The notes under the pieces were generated by a model that saw only the letters and a list, made by a program, of their open reading frames with translations, did not search any database and was not told the DNA's origin. From the IMG/VR virus record IMGVR_UViG_3300029841_000009, positions 1-64,000 of that record: DNA of 64,000 nucleotides; one strand, 5' to 3'. A program made the position numbers and the translations under genes. The DNA comes from a virus (Duplodnaviria > Heunggongvirae > Uroviricota > Caudoviricetes). How positions within the stretch are numbered: position 1 is the stretch's first letter; each line of letters opens with the position of its first letter. Below, piece by piece: positions 20,278 through 28,799 of the stretch.

Positions 20278-21034
20278 TGGTTGCCTCCTGAATACGCTTA
20301 AACTCAATTACCCATACCCACGGGTTAGATAGCCAGTTCTCTTGCCCGTAAATACCGCGCCAGATATCACCAAAGCCAACGCGATAAACAGCTTCCGGCG
20401 GTGTAATCTTGTACGTCGCCGGAGATGCGCCTTCCGCTTTAGCATCTGCCTCGCTCATGTCATGCAGCCGTTCCACACGCACGTCGGTAATTTCCAGCAA
20501 AATACGCGAAGCCCAGCGCGGCATGTGAATTGATGGACACCACCCGCCATCAAACTTTTCATTCACAGTGTGAGGTTTCCAGTCGGCATCATCGGGTATC
20601 GACCACAGGCCGTAATCACCAGGCTTTTGCTCGCAACTGGCCCGATAAATCCTTGCTGCGTTCTTCTCATCGCCACGACAAAGGTTGTCGTTCCAGTCCA
20701 CACTGCAACCATCCTCATTGCCTAATATCGCCCACGCTTCACGGACCCATATGCGATCACCAACGTTACCGAACGGACATAAACCATGTTCAGGTGCATC
20801 CATAACGTGGGTATAGACACCATTGCGTTTCTTTGTCGGTTTACGGATAACCAGGCAGTTATCGGCCCTGACATTTTTTACAGGTCGGCGAGTCTGCGTC
20901 TTCCTGCCTTCGAGGATGGCCCTGACCATCGCATCATTAAAAATCATGCCGCGCTCTTTCATCTTGCTCACTTCAACTCCTCCCGACGACGTTCCTGAAG
21001 CTCTAGCATTGCTGCTCGGAAATCCTGCCACCAT
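20264..21034 (-). CDS. hypothetical phage protein (possible ASCH/PUA-like fold)
   Basis: 256 aa; MVRAILEGRKTQTRR resembles the GxKxxExR N-terminal motif of ASCH domains; start may be an internal Met. Confidence 0.35.
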   Translation of the reverse strand: MVAGFPSSNARASGTSSGGVEVSKMKERGMIFNDAMVRAILEGRKTQTRRPVKNVRADNCLVIRKPTKKRNGVYTHVMDAPEHGLCPFGNVGDRIWVREAWAILGNEDGCSVDWNDNLCRGDEKNAARIYRASCEQKPGDYGLWSIPDDADWKPHTVNEKFDGGWCPSIHMPRWASRILLEITDVRVERLHDMSEADAKAEGASPATYKITPPEAVYRVGFGDIWRGIYGQENWLSNPWVWVIEFKRIQEATSERN

Positions 21035-21333
21035 TCCTCATCTGCAACGGGGGTGTTCCGCTCCAGCACCTTGTCCGCATCGGAGATCAGGTTTGCCAGA
21101 CTCTTGTCTGAAATCTTCGTTACCGGAGTCGTTGGTTGCTCAACCTGCCCGATAGGTTTTATCGTGCTCAAAAGGAGGCGACGGCGGGAAAGTGGTGCCC
21201 CACAACGACGGCCATCTTCCTTGCGATATGTTTCTTTCGGACCAACACACCAGGTTGTCGGCGTCTCGCGCAACTTCACTTTTTTCTCACCATCATTGGT
21301 AATGATTATTCCGGTATGGGTTTTGATGCTCAT
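20968..21333 (-). CDS. hypothetical protein
   Basis: 121-aa basic ORF; overlaps the upstream ORF in another frame, so the start is uncertain. Confidence 0.3.
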   Translation of the reverse strand: MSIKTHTGIIITNDGEKKVKLRETPTTWCVGPKETYRKEDGRRCGAPLSRRRLLLSTIKPIGQVEQPTTPVTKISDKSLANLISDADKVLERNTPVADEEWWQDFRAAMLELQERRREELK

Positions 21334-21632
21334 GCCACAGCCCCTCTCAACGGCTTAACTTTGGCTAATAAGGTGTTAAACAACATGGAGTTAGGATTCA
21401 TGCCAAATGGCAATTCCGGTTTAGCGGAGTAGTACAGGCAACCATTTATTTTCCTGGTTGTTATCTGTCCTTCGGCAACCATGCTTCTCAGTCTGCAACG
21501 CATAGAGTTCTGCGACACACCAATGTGCTCCGCGATTACGTCCACTTTTGAACATGGGTGATCGGTCAGGAAATTAATCACATCTTGGGGGTTAATAATT
21601 TTGCGTTTCATTGTCGAGGCGTCCTTATACAT
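21330..21632 (-). CDS. small hypothetical protein (possible DNA-binding)
   Basis: 100 aa; likely start at the internal Met (MKRKII, about 21611) with an AAGGA ribosome-binding site; a hairpin terminator and AT-rich motif lie upstream. Confidence 0.4.
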   Translation of the reverse strand: MYKDASTMKRKIINPQDVINFLTDHPCSKVDVIAEHIGVSQNSMRCRLRSMVAEGQITTRKINGCLYYSAKPELPFGMNPNSMLFNTLLAKVKPLRGAVA

Positions 21633-21688
21633 TTATATAAATATATAATTCTATATACGGCGGGAGACATCCCGCCGTAGGCTTACTG

Positions 21689-22756
21689 TCAGGCTTTCAA
21701 TAGCGATTCTTTCAGATATCGGGCATCAGCCAGGGCATTTGGAGTAATCTTGCGAACCCATGCATTACGGGTTGGACTCCACTTAAAGGCGCGTGATTTA
21801 AGCAGCGAACGAATGTTTGCCTCTGGTTTGCCAGGGAAATAAAACAGGATGCGGTTATCCTCTGGATCTATCTCCATAGAAAAGTCGTCGTATTCTTCGC
21901 GCTGTGCTCCTGTTACAGACTTGACCGATTCAAGCTCCTTAATACGGCTCTGTAGTCGTTTGATCTCGGCGTTATTGTTGCTCAGTGCGTATGAAGGGAA
22001 TCCGATGTGCCCACAGAAATCTCCGGCCAGTAACTCTTTGGCTTCGCTTTCTGTAAACCTGAGATCGATTAATGCAGAAAGCTGCTGTAATTGGTCTTTT
22101 TTGTATTTGCGAATGGCCTTATTTGCGGCCTTCATTTTGACGTGTGACTTCATGCAGCCTTGCAGCTTACGAAGCAACTTAAATAGCGCATCAGGATCAT
22201 CAGACGAAATTCCATTACGACCAACACCTGCGGCTTTGCTCTCGTAGTGTGATGCTTTACTTTCGCATTCAACAAACGCTTTTCTTAATAACGCATCAGC
22301 TTTAGACAAACGGCGGCGATGGCCTTTCGCGCTATAATGGTCAACTAAAATCGGCTGGCCTAACGGGATCACATCCAACAGGTCATGCGCTCGCTTATGC
22401 GCTACCGCACCTTCTTTTCTGGCTTTTTCTGCACGAGCAATATATCGGGCAAGACGCGCGTTCTGGCGTTCCTGATAGGTGTTTACGTAATCATCTCCGC
22501 GCTGCTGCTGTTCAAGCCATGCTTTGCGCAGATCTTCTGTTACGTCCACCAGCTCCGCAGGGATACAACCAGTTTGGGCTTCATAAGAGTAACCATCCTC
22601 ATAGATACGCCCATCATCTTCAACAAAGAAAAAGGTTTCGTGCTCATCGCTTTTGACCATACGACCATTAACATGGCGTAATAGGTAGCCAGTATCAGTG
22701 CTTAACAGGCTGTTAGGGTTGTTGATCCAGTCAGAAATAATTACTTGTTTATTCAT
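21689..22756 (-). CDS. conserved hypothetical protein
   Basis: 355-aa ORF driven by promoter-leader repeat copy A; followed by hairpin CGGCGGGA-N4-TCCCGCCG. Confidence 0.5.
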   Translation of the reverse strand: MNKQVIISDWINNPNSLLSTDTGYLLRHVNGRMVKSDEHETFFFVEDDGRIYEDGYSYEAQTGCIPAELVDVTEDLRKAWLEQQQRGDDYVNTYQERQNARLARYIARAEKARKEGAVAHKRAHDLLDVIPLGQPILVDHYSAKGHRRRLSKADALLRKAFVECESKASHYESKAAGVGRNGISSDDPDALFKLLRKLQGCMKSHVKMKAANKAIRKYKKDQLQQLSALIDLRFTESEAKELLAGDFCGHIGFPSYALSNNNAEIKRLQSRIKELESVKSVTGAQREEYDDFSMEIDPEDNRILFYFPGKPEANIRSLLKSRAFKWSPTRNAWVRKITPNALADARYLKESLLKA

Positions 22757-22870
22757 CAGATTTCTCCGGTTTAACCAGGGCGGGTATCGCTCGGTTTCGG
22801 GTATAACCTTAGGAAATTTTTTCCCACCTGTAAAGCACTTTTTATATAAATCTATAATTATATATTTATA
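22757..22870 (-). repeat. promoter-leader repeat, copy A (TTTACA-17-TATGGT with shared 5' leader)
   Basis: About 110 bp nearly identical to 32755-32870 and 63334-63449; lies immediately 5' of the 21689..22756 start. Confidence 0.7.
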
Positions 22871-22925
22871 GATTTTCGATGTTCCCGATGTCTACACACC
22901 ATCAAAACAGCTCAAAATGACACTT

Positions 22926-23303
22926 TTACTCTCTTCGCTTTTTCAAATAGTCGACAACATACGCCCTGGCTTTTGCCAGCTTCCGGCGATACTGTCTGAG
23001 GCTAAGAGAAAGGGCGTGGGCTTTATCAATATGCGGTGCATTTATGTCGAGGCCCCGAATCTCCCACGCCCCGTATTCAATTCGGACAACCAGCGCCGCA
23101 GTCTCATCAACTACCGTGAGGGCCGTCACCGCTCCCTCTATACTGGTTTCCAGTGAGTCATTTGGTGCGCCGCCCCCTCCGGTAAACTGGCAGCGCGTAA
23201 CCATCATCATTTCTAACATCGACGCGAAACCGCTACGGGCGTTGCAGCCATTGCGCACCCACAGCGCCCATAGCTCAAACAAGCTATCCAGATCGCGTCT
23301 CAC
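22926..23303 (-). CDS. hypothetical phage regulatory-region protein
   Basis: 125-aa ORF; no motif recognised. Confidence 0.35.
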   Translation of the reverse strand: MRRDLDSLFELWALWVRNGCNARSGFASMLEMMMVTRCQFTGGGGAPNDSLETSIEGAVTALTVVDETAALVVRIEYGAWEIRGLDINAPHIDKAHALSLSLRQYRRKLAKARAYVVDYLKKRRE

Positions 23304-23306
23304 TGT

Positions 23307-23639
23307 TCAGATCTCCCGTATCGTGACGGGATAAAGCGCCTCTACCTGCTTTTTCTTCATGATGTAGACGTCTGTTCGCACACCTTTAGTGTCGACACAA
23401 TCAATCGTCCCATCGTCATAAAACACCATGAAATCAAGTTTATAAACGACACCACCTGGCAGATGAAAAGGCACCTGCATAAGAAACGTCACAACGCGGC
23501 CAGCTTTTCTCAGTAGCTTCAGTTCGCAGTAGTAATCAGCCTCTTTTTTGCTATCAAAAGAGATATCATCGACAACAGTTTTTTTATTGCCGTATTTGCT
23601 TTTCCTGGTCGCTGGTTTGCGAAAGCCGGTATATCTCAT
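23307..23639 (-). CDS. DUF1064-like phage protein
   Basis: 110 aa; pattern YGNKKT...FDSKKEADYY...VPFHLPGG recalled as DUF1064, common in phage replication modules. Confidence 0.45.
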   Translation of the reverse strand: MRYTGFRKPATRKSKYGNKKTVVDDISFDSKKEADYYCELKLLRKAGRVVTFLMQVPFHLPGGVVYKLDFMVFYDDGTIDCVDTKGVRTDVYIMKKKQVEALYPVTIREI

Positions 23640-24040
23640 TTGGTATCCCCTGGTACTTCACCAAGACTAAGATCAAACCCAATTTCGTCTTTAACTGACT
23701 GCGGCAACAGCTCCCACGTCTGCGCACACAAAAATTCATCGGTGCCATAACGCTCAACAAAGCGAGCACAATTACTCAGGGGAGGGTGACGAACGGCAAT
23801 ATGCGGAGGCACGCGCCCACCACCAGGCACAACACCGCGATGATGTGGTGCGCACAACCCAAAGCTATGGAAGTGGCAATTCTCATCAACGCTGCCGTAA
23901 TCAGGATCGTGATGTAGCTCCGTCCACAGCTCTGGATTCTCAATTTCACGGCCATCAATAATGCAAGCTATGCAACCCACGTGAGTGAGCACCGCTTGTA
24001 TATAAAGTTTCTCTTTCTTCGTTGGTGTACGTCCGTTCAT
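23636..24040 (-). CDS. Cys/His-rich protein (NinG/HNH-like putative nuclease)
   Basis: 134 aa with CIAC ... HHD ... CHFHSFGLCAPHH metal-binding-like motifs. Confidence 0.35.
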   Translation of the reverse strand: MNGRTPTKKEKLYIQAVLTHVGCIACIIDGREIENPELWTELHHDPDYGSVDENCHFHSFGLCAPHHRGVVPGGGRVPPHIAVRHPPLSNCARFVERYGTDEFLCAQTWELLPQSVKDEIGFDLSLGEVPGDTK

Positions 24041-24273
24041 CAGCGCCCCTTACCATTGATAAAGAGGTTGAACTCGTTGATTAACTGGACATACATGCTT
24101 CTGGCCGCGTAGTTCTTTGCCAGCTCTTTACGGGATGAGATCCCGCAAAACTCACGCAGAATCACAGAGGCCTCAGAACTGTTTGAAACGTTCTTCCCTG
24201 TTTTACTGGTCAGAAAGCGCCAGAATTGGGGATTCTGGCAATGCATCGCAGCACCGCGAACATAACTACTCAT
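24040..24273 (-). CDS. hypothetical protein
   Basis: 77-aa ORF, 4-nt overlaps with both neighbours. Confidence 0.35.
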   Translation of the reverse strand: MSSYVRGAAMHCQNPQFWRFLTSKTGKNVSNSSEASVILREFCGISSRKELAKNYAARSMYVQLINEFNLFINGKGR

Positions 24274-24785
24274 TGATGGCCCCCGTCATTTCTGGTGCTT
24301 TTCACCGTGCGGCTTCTTAAAAACCTGCCATCACGAACAACAGACACTTCTCGTTTACCCAACCTCATTTCACGGCGGTAACATTCAGAAAATGCCTCGT
24401 CCGGCATCATATAAATGCGACGCTTCGCCTCCGTATCCAGAAGGGAACGGCTTGGGGTTACATATAAAAACGACTCATCAATAGGGACAAAACCACGAGC
24501 AAGAATTGCTGGCAGAATGCCAGGAAGAACGCAGAAAACAGCTCCACGATGCAGCAACATCTGGTACTCCATGACCTCCGTTATCCCCGTGACTACTGTT
24601 ACGGTGTCACGTCTGTTACGGCTGGCAACCAGTCGCTGCACACGTCCAATTTTCTGATCTACAGATAGATGTTTGCTATCGTTATCAATATGATCGATAG
24701 CAAATCCTTTAATCGTTTGATCAAGGTAGTGCACCACCTTCGATTGAATCTGGTGATTATCACCAAAGAAGGCCAGAATCATCAT
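24270..24785 (-). CDS. hypothetical early-region protein
   Basis: 171-aa ORF coupled to the Cro-like gene. Confidence 0.4.
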   Translation of the reverse strand: MMILAFFGDNHQIQSKVVHYLDQTIKGFAIDHIDNDSKHLSVDQKIGRVQRLVASRNRRDTVTVVTGITEVMEYQMLLHRGAVFCVLPGILPAILARGFVPIDESFLYVTPSRSLLDTEAKRRIYMMPDEAFSECYRREMRLGKREVSVVRDGRFLRSRTVKSTRNDGGHQ

Positions 24786-25276
24786 TCCTCAAGCCTCCCA
24801 AGTGCTGAACGCCGGGCGTTGCTAATCTCCTTATGAATCAGCTCGATATCGCTGGAATCTTTATTCTTAAGCTCCAGCACGGTAATCGCATCACGAACCT
24901 CTGAAACGGTTACGTGTGAGTGTTTCCAGCGAGCAATGAATCGCGGACCGCGTAGATTGCAACGCTCCGCAGGCATCCCCAACTCAGAGAAAACCGCTTT
25001 CAGCCTTGATAAGCAGTTAACAGGGAGATTCCCTTTGATCTTGTTCTGCCGAACCGATGTGCCATCGCTACGCTGGCGCTGACGTTCGGCAAAATCTGCC
25101 GCCCATTGCTGGACGTTAATCCGGCCTTCCGAATACGCCACCAGCAGCGTCAGGTTATCCGCACGAGGGAATCTCTCGAAGCGATACCAGGCACCAATCA
25201 GTGATGACGTAAAGCCAAACTTTCTGGCAACACCAATTTGGCCTCCATTTTCGTCAACCCACTCCTGAAAGGTCAT
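24782..25276 (-). CDS. Cro/YdaS-like HTH regulator with C-terminal extension
   Basis: 164 aa, divergent from the CI gene; N-terminal helix-turn-helix-like segment (GVARKFGFTSSLIGAWYRFERFP). Confidence 0.5.
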   Translation of the reverse strand: MTFQEWVDENGGQIGVARKFGFTSSLIGAWYRFERFPRADNLTLLVAYSEGRINVQQWAADFAERQRQRSDGTSVRQNKIKGNLPVNCLSRLKAVFSELGMPAERCNLRGPRFIARWKHSHVTVSEVRDAITVLELKNKDSSDIELIHKEISNARRSALGRLEE

Positions 25277-25289
25277 TTAACGAACTCCA

Positions 25290-25415
25290 GTTAAAACCAC
25301 GATATGTGGTATTAAAACCACATATCGTGAGTTTTTCAATGGGCAAAACAAAAAATAACCTTCTATTTGTGGTCCACCTCTCGTCTTACCATGTGAAAAC
25401 CACTAAATGTGGTAA
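25290..25415. promoter_or_regulatory. divergent operator/promoter region (OR/OL-like) with ACCAC-N5-GTGGT operators
   Basis: ACCACGATATGTGGT (perfect palindrome), ACCACATATCGTGAG and ACCACTAAATGTGGT between the Cro-like and CI genes. Confidence 0.6.
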
Positions 25416-25450
25416 TGTATAAATAACCCACCATTCACGATTGATGAGAC

Positions 25451-26107
25451 ATGAAAAGCAACGACGAGAACATCAAGAAAGAAATAGGTCTGCGCATTCA
25501 GACTCTACGGAAACAATCCGGCATGACTGCCGGAGATCTCCAGCAAGTCACTGGAATAGGCTTAAGCACCTTGCAGAACTATGAGGCCGGATTAAGACAA
25601 CCATCTATACCTGCCATCAAGAAAATCGCGCACGCCCTGAAAGCATCAGCGCCTTATATCGCGTGCTTAACAGATAACCCGTTCCCACCCCAGAATACTA
25701 ACGCTCCTGTTATTCCTGGGCTTGTAGCTATAAAAAATGACATAGCATCGCACGCCGGAGAAAAGCCAGTGCTGGCGATAGAACAGGAGATTCTACGAAG
25801 CAAGAACATCAACCCATCGTCTCTGTCAGTTCTCCAGAGCAACGATGAGTTAATGTCACCAACAATATCCCCTGGCTCCCAAGTCCTGATTGATACAGAC
25901 GATACAGAGATTCATGAGGGGATCTATGCCCTTGAAGACAGAAATGGCCTGGTTGTTTTGAGGCACTGTAGAGTCATACCGGGTGACAATGCTGTTATGC
26001 TGTCAACCGAAAGGGATGCTGAAATGAACACTAAGCATCTGAATAACGAGGAATTTAAGCGTTATAAAGTTCTGGGCCGCGTAGTTAGTGTTGTCAACTG
26101 GTTATGA
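25451..26107 (+). CDS. cI: CI-type repressor (HTH_XRE N-terminal domain plus S24 LexA-like autopeptidase domain)
   Basis: 218 aa; N-terminal HTH (LRKQSGMTAGDLQQVTGIGLSTLQNYEAG), C-terminal Ser/Lys dyad context (LMSPT ... RYKVLGRVV). Confidence 0.8.
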   Translation: MKSNDENIKKEIGLRIQTLRKQSGMTAGDLQQVTGIGLSTLQNYEAGLRQPSIPAIKKIAHALKASAPYIACLTDNPFPPQNTNAPVIPGLVAIKNDIASHAGEKPVLAIEQEILRSKNINPSSLSVLQSNDELMSPTISPGSQVLIDTDDTEIHEGIYALEDRNGLVVLRHCRVIPGDNAVMLSTERDAEMNTKHLNNEEFKRYKVLGRVVSVVNWL

Positions 26108-26199
26108 TACACAGCACGGCGAAAGCCGTGCATTTCTACGCTCAAAAAAACCACATTTTGTGGTTTTGACAACATGTGAAAGTATAAAAGAGGCTACGC

Positions 26200-26574
26200 A
26201 TGGAATTACATACAGCCAATAAAAACGAAACTCTGATCACTGCTGGAATCGAAATCCAAGCGTTGAACATAGCGATTGAGTGTATGTTATGCCAAATCAT
26301 TGATAATGAGAAAGATATCGACTGGATATCATCTACCCTTCATCTTGCTTACGAGCAAAAAGCCTGCCTCAAAACAGCCTTACAATACGATGTGCCTTCT
26401 GTATCAAAGCTGTGCCAGTCATTGATGGCATATAACAGAGCTATCATTTCTGTATGCCTCATGATTCTCGATGAGAATACCCCTCTTAGCGACCGCTCAG
26501 AAGCAGCTCTAACCCTCTCACGTAAACAGCGACAGCTAGCAAATCAACTGATATCAACGATAGCTGACCTCTGA
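26200..26574 (+). CDS. hypothetical protein downstream of cI
   Basis: 124-aa ORF preceded by an ACCACATTTTGTGGT operator-like palindrome; followed by a hairpin. Confidence 0.4.
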   Translation: MELHTANKNETLITAGIEIQALNIAIECMLCQIIDNEKDIDWISSTLHLAYEQKACLKTALQYDVPSVSKLCQSLMAYNRAIISVCLMILDENTPLSDRSEAALTLSRKQRQLANQLISTIADL

Positions 26575-26577
26575 CTG

Positions 26578-26600
26578 CAAGCGGGCTAACGCCCGCTTAT
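26578..26600 (+). terminator. hairpin terminator
   Basis: AAGCGGGC-TAAC-GCCCGCTT followed by an A/T-rich run. Confidence 0.4.
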
Positions 26601-26705
26601 ATGATTATAGATTTATATAATTATATAAAACGCTTTTCATCCGCCAAAAAGTTGGTTATGCTTACCTCGTTCTATAAATATAGATTTATAGAATTATATA
26701 ACCAA
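26585..26705. repeat. AT-rich iteron-like repeats upstream of parA (candidate centromere / par operator)
   Basis: Repeated TATAGATTTATA(T/G)AATTATATAA units; a further copy lies at 27377-27420 between the two par genes. Confidence 0.45.
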
Positions 26706-26709
26706 ACAC

Positions 26710-27378
26710 ATGGAGTCTCGACAAATGACTATCTCTGTAGGTATTTTCAACGGAAAAGGCGGCGTAACCAAATCAACAATTGCCCGTGCTTTAGCAGTTG
26801 CTTATGCAAAGGCTGGCTGGAATGTATGCCTGATCGATATGGATGTGCTTAACGGAACGGTAACGCGTTGGGTACAACGCAGAATGGCCAACAATATCGA
26901 ACCAGCAATCGCGGCGCAGCCGTGCGGCACACCATCACAAGTCCAGAAAATCATCGAATCAGAAGTATACGACCTGGTTATCGTCGATGGCGGTGCCTAC
27001 GCATCTGAATCAGTACCGAAGCTCTCTGAATTTCTGGATATGGTTATTTTGCCAACCAGATTCTCTACCGATGACCTGGAAACCACCGTTAACACAGCTC
27101 ACGGCATCGTTAAAAAGGGTGTACCAATCAAGAAAATTTGCATGGTGTTTTCCGGCGCGGCTGAAAACGAAGCTGACTATATTGAAGCCCAAGAGTACCT
27201 GGCTAATACGCCATACTTTGTTGTCGATAAGTACATTCCCCACAAGCCAGCTCTGAGCAAAGCTCAGGATAAGGGCTTAAGCCTTATTGAGTGCTCATAC
27301 GTTGCGCCACGCAAAAAGGCAGACGATGTTATCCAGGGGATTATCAATCAGCTTGAGGCTCTGACTACTGCCGCGTAA
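26710..27378 (+). CDS. parA: ParA-family partition ATPase (small type Ib-like)
   Basis: Deviant Walker A GKGGVTKST near the N-terminus, about 220 aa with no N-terminal HTH; the start may be the second ATG (26725) preceded by GGAG. Confidence 0.8.
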   Translation: MESRQMTISVGIFNGKGGVTKSTIARALAVAYAKAGWNVCLIDMDVLNGTVTRWVQRRMANNIEPAIAAQPCGTPSQVQKIIESEVYDLVIVDGGAYASESVPKLSEFLDMVILPTRFSTDDLETTVNTAHGIVKKGVPIKKICMVFSGAAENEADYIEAQEYLANTPYFVVDKYIPHKPALSKAQDKGLSLIECSYVAPRKKADDVIQGIINQLEALTTAA

Positions 27379-27421
27379 TATATAATTATAGTTTTATAGA
27401 TTTATATAAAAGGGGATACAC

Positions 27422-27670
27422 ATGGCCGCACCATCAAAACCACCGAAAAAGAACAGCAAAGGCGTACCGCCATCAATCGAACAACCGCAGGTTTTCGACC
27501 CGACTGAAACGCCGACCAGAACCAAATCAGGTGGGGCACAAATGGCGTTTAACGTCGACCCTGAATTTAAACGCGAGTACAAAACGTTCGCCAGCTCAAT
27601 GGATATGTCATTGAAAGAAGTGCTGACAAAATCTTTTGAGTTACTCAAGGCTCAATACAACCAGAAGTAA
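27422..27670 (+). CDS. ribbon-helix-helix ParG-like partition / centromere-binding protein
   Basis: 82 aa, disordered basic N-terminus then MAFNVDPEFKREYKTFASSMDMSLKEVLTKSF (beta strand plus helices), immediately downstream of parA. Confidence 0.55.
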   Translation: MAAPSKPPKKNSKGVPPSIEQPQVFDPTETPTRTKSGGAQMAFNVDPEFKREYKTFASSMDMSLKEVLTKSFELLKAQYNQK

Positions 27671-27699
27671 GAGAAGGTGACGGCCTCCAGCGCCAACTG

Positions 27700-27882
27700 T
27701 TGGCCGTCGCGACACAACAAGGGGAATTTGTTATGTCCGAGCAACAATATACACGGTTACTGAAAACTCGTCTAACCGACCTCAAACGGCTGCAAGCTGG
27801 TTGCTTATTTGCCCTGCTATCTACCAGGCCAGAATGGGTACGTGAAGCAGTTCTGAAAGGTTTAATGCGCTCCAGCGTTTAA
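27700..27882 (+). CDS. small hypothetical protein
   Basis: 60-aa ORF (likely start MSEQQY) ahead of a strong hairpin. Confidence 0.3.
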   Translation: MAVATQQGEFVMSEQQYTRLLKTRLTDLKRLQAGCLFALLSTRPEWVREAVLKGLMRSSV

Positions 27883-27894
27883 ATTCAACCATAA

Positions 27895-27925
27895 AAAAGG
27901 CCCCCGAAGGGGCCTAATCGCTACT
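27895..27925. terminator. bidirectional hairpin terminator
   Basis: AGGCCCC-GAAG-GGGCCT with an A-run 5' on plus (T-run on minus). Confidence 0.5.
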
Positions 27926-28043
27926 TGCTGCTAATGTTTATCGTCACATTCAGAGCGTTATCAGTAATCTTCCAACCCTCCCCATGTGGCGTAAACAAAG
28001 CTCCAGTAACAACGATAAAAATACACATACAGTATTTTTTCAT
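27921..28043 (-). CDS. small hydrophobic peptide (about 40 aa)
   Basis: Internal Met of track ORF 27921..28103 gives MKKYCMCIFIVVTGALFTPHGEGWKITDNALNVTINISSK; ends at the terminator hairpin. Confidence 0.35.
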   Translation of the reverse strand: MKKYCMCIFIVVTGALFTPHGEGWKITDNALNVTINISSK

Positions 28044-28539
28044 TGTATGGCCCTTACAGGCCGTTTCACGGCATCCCCACCGACGAAAACAACGCGAGAG
28101 CAAGCACGGCTGCTTGTGCTTGCATGTACGGCAACGGAGAATCCTCCCCTAAAGTCGGTGCCCGGGTGCGAATCGGCGGGAAGGTCCACAGGTATTTTAC
28201 GATTATTTTAAGATTAGTTATAGGAAAGAAATTAAACGAAAAAACTCGTTTATTTTCACAAAATCAGTAACCTACCCACAATCTGTGAGTTTGCAGGCAC
28301 AACAAGAACCACAATTTTATGAAGCATAATAGTGGACTATTATTACCTTTTGGGTAAAATTAACTTGCTGCTTGTGCTTGCGTGGTTGTTTATACAACAA
28401 CGTAATGCTGAAAGGACCGCGAATCCGATCAGCACGAAAGAACCGTCCTCAATAGGGCGGTTTTTTTGTTTCTGCCTACCAATAAACCCACACTATGTGG
28501 TTGTCTCTGTTAAAATCCCGCCGTATTGACATAAATGCG

Positions 28540-28640
28540 CCATTGGTGGACACTTTCCGAGCCGTAGCAAAATCTACGGTCGGGATTGGAACCCCGATAA
28601 TCATCATGGCGCATACCGCGTTAGCGGTTTTTTTATGCGT
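28540..28640 (+). ncRNA. candidate structured regulatory RNA upstream of the antirepressor operon (immI/c4-like antisense RNA)
   Basis: ORF-free; successive hairpins (CCGTAG-caaaat-CTACGG; CGGG-ATTGGAA-CCCG) ending in ACCGC-GTTA-GCGGT plus T7; loop ATTGGAA is complementary to the downstream loop GTTCCAAC. Confidence 0.35.
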
Positions 28641-28799
28641 AAAGCACTGCTACACCCAAATTATGGTGGGGCGTGCGGGGGAGTCGTAAGACTCGCCGGA
28701 TTCCATGGTGACCGGTAGTTCCAACCCTGTACGTCTCACCACCCAATGATTGGAACCAGACGGTGGTGAGTATCCTTAACCTTTAAGGGAACTATCACC

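Noticed and set aside
21689-22756. 355-aa protein considered as a possible integrase or recombinase
   Set aside because: No R...HxxR...Y tyrosine-recombinase motif pattern and no serine-recombinase N-terminal motif; kept as a conserved hypothetical.
26165-26190. TTGACA ... TATAAA pair upstream of the ORF at 26200 as a sigma70 promoter
   Set aside because: The spacer is only about 11 nt by hand count, too short for a canonical promoter; the adjacent operator palindrome is reported instead.
27984-28529. Overlapping plus-strand ORFs 27984..28211, 28043..28270 and 28332..28529
   Set aside because: Three mutually overlapping frames in a hairpin-rich, terminator-containing stretch; a terminator lies inside 28332..28529. 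More likely RNA or regulatory sequence than protein-coding.
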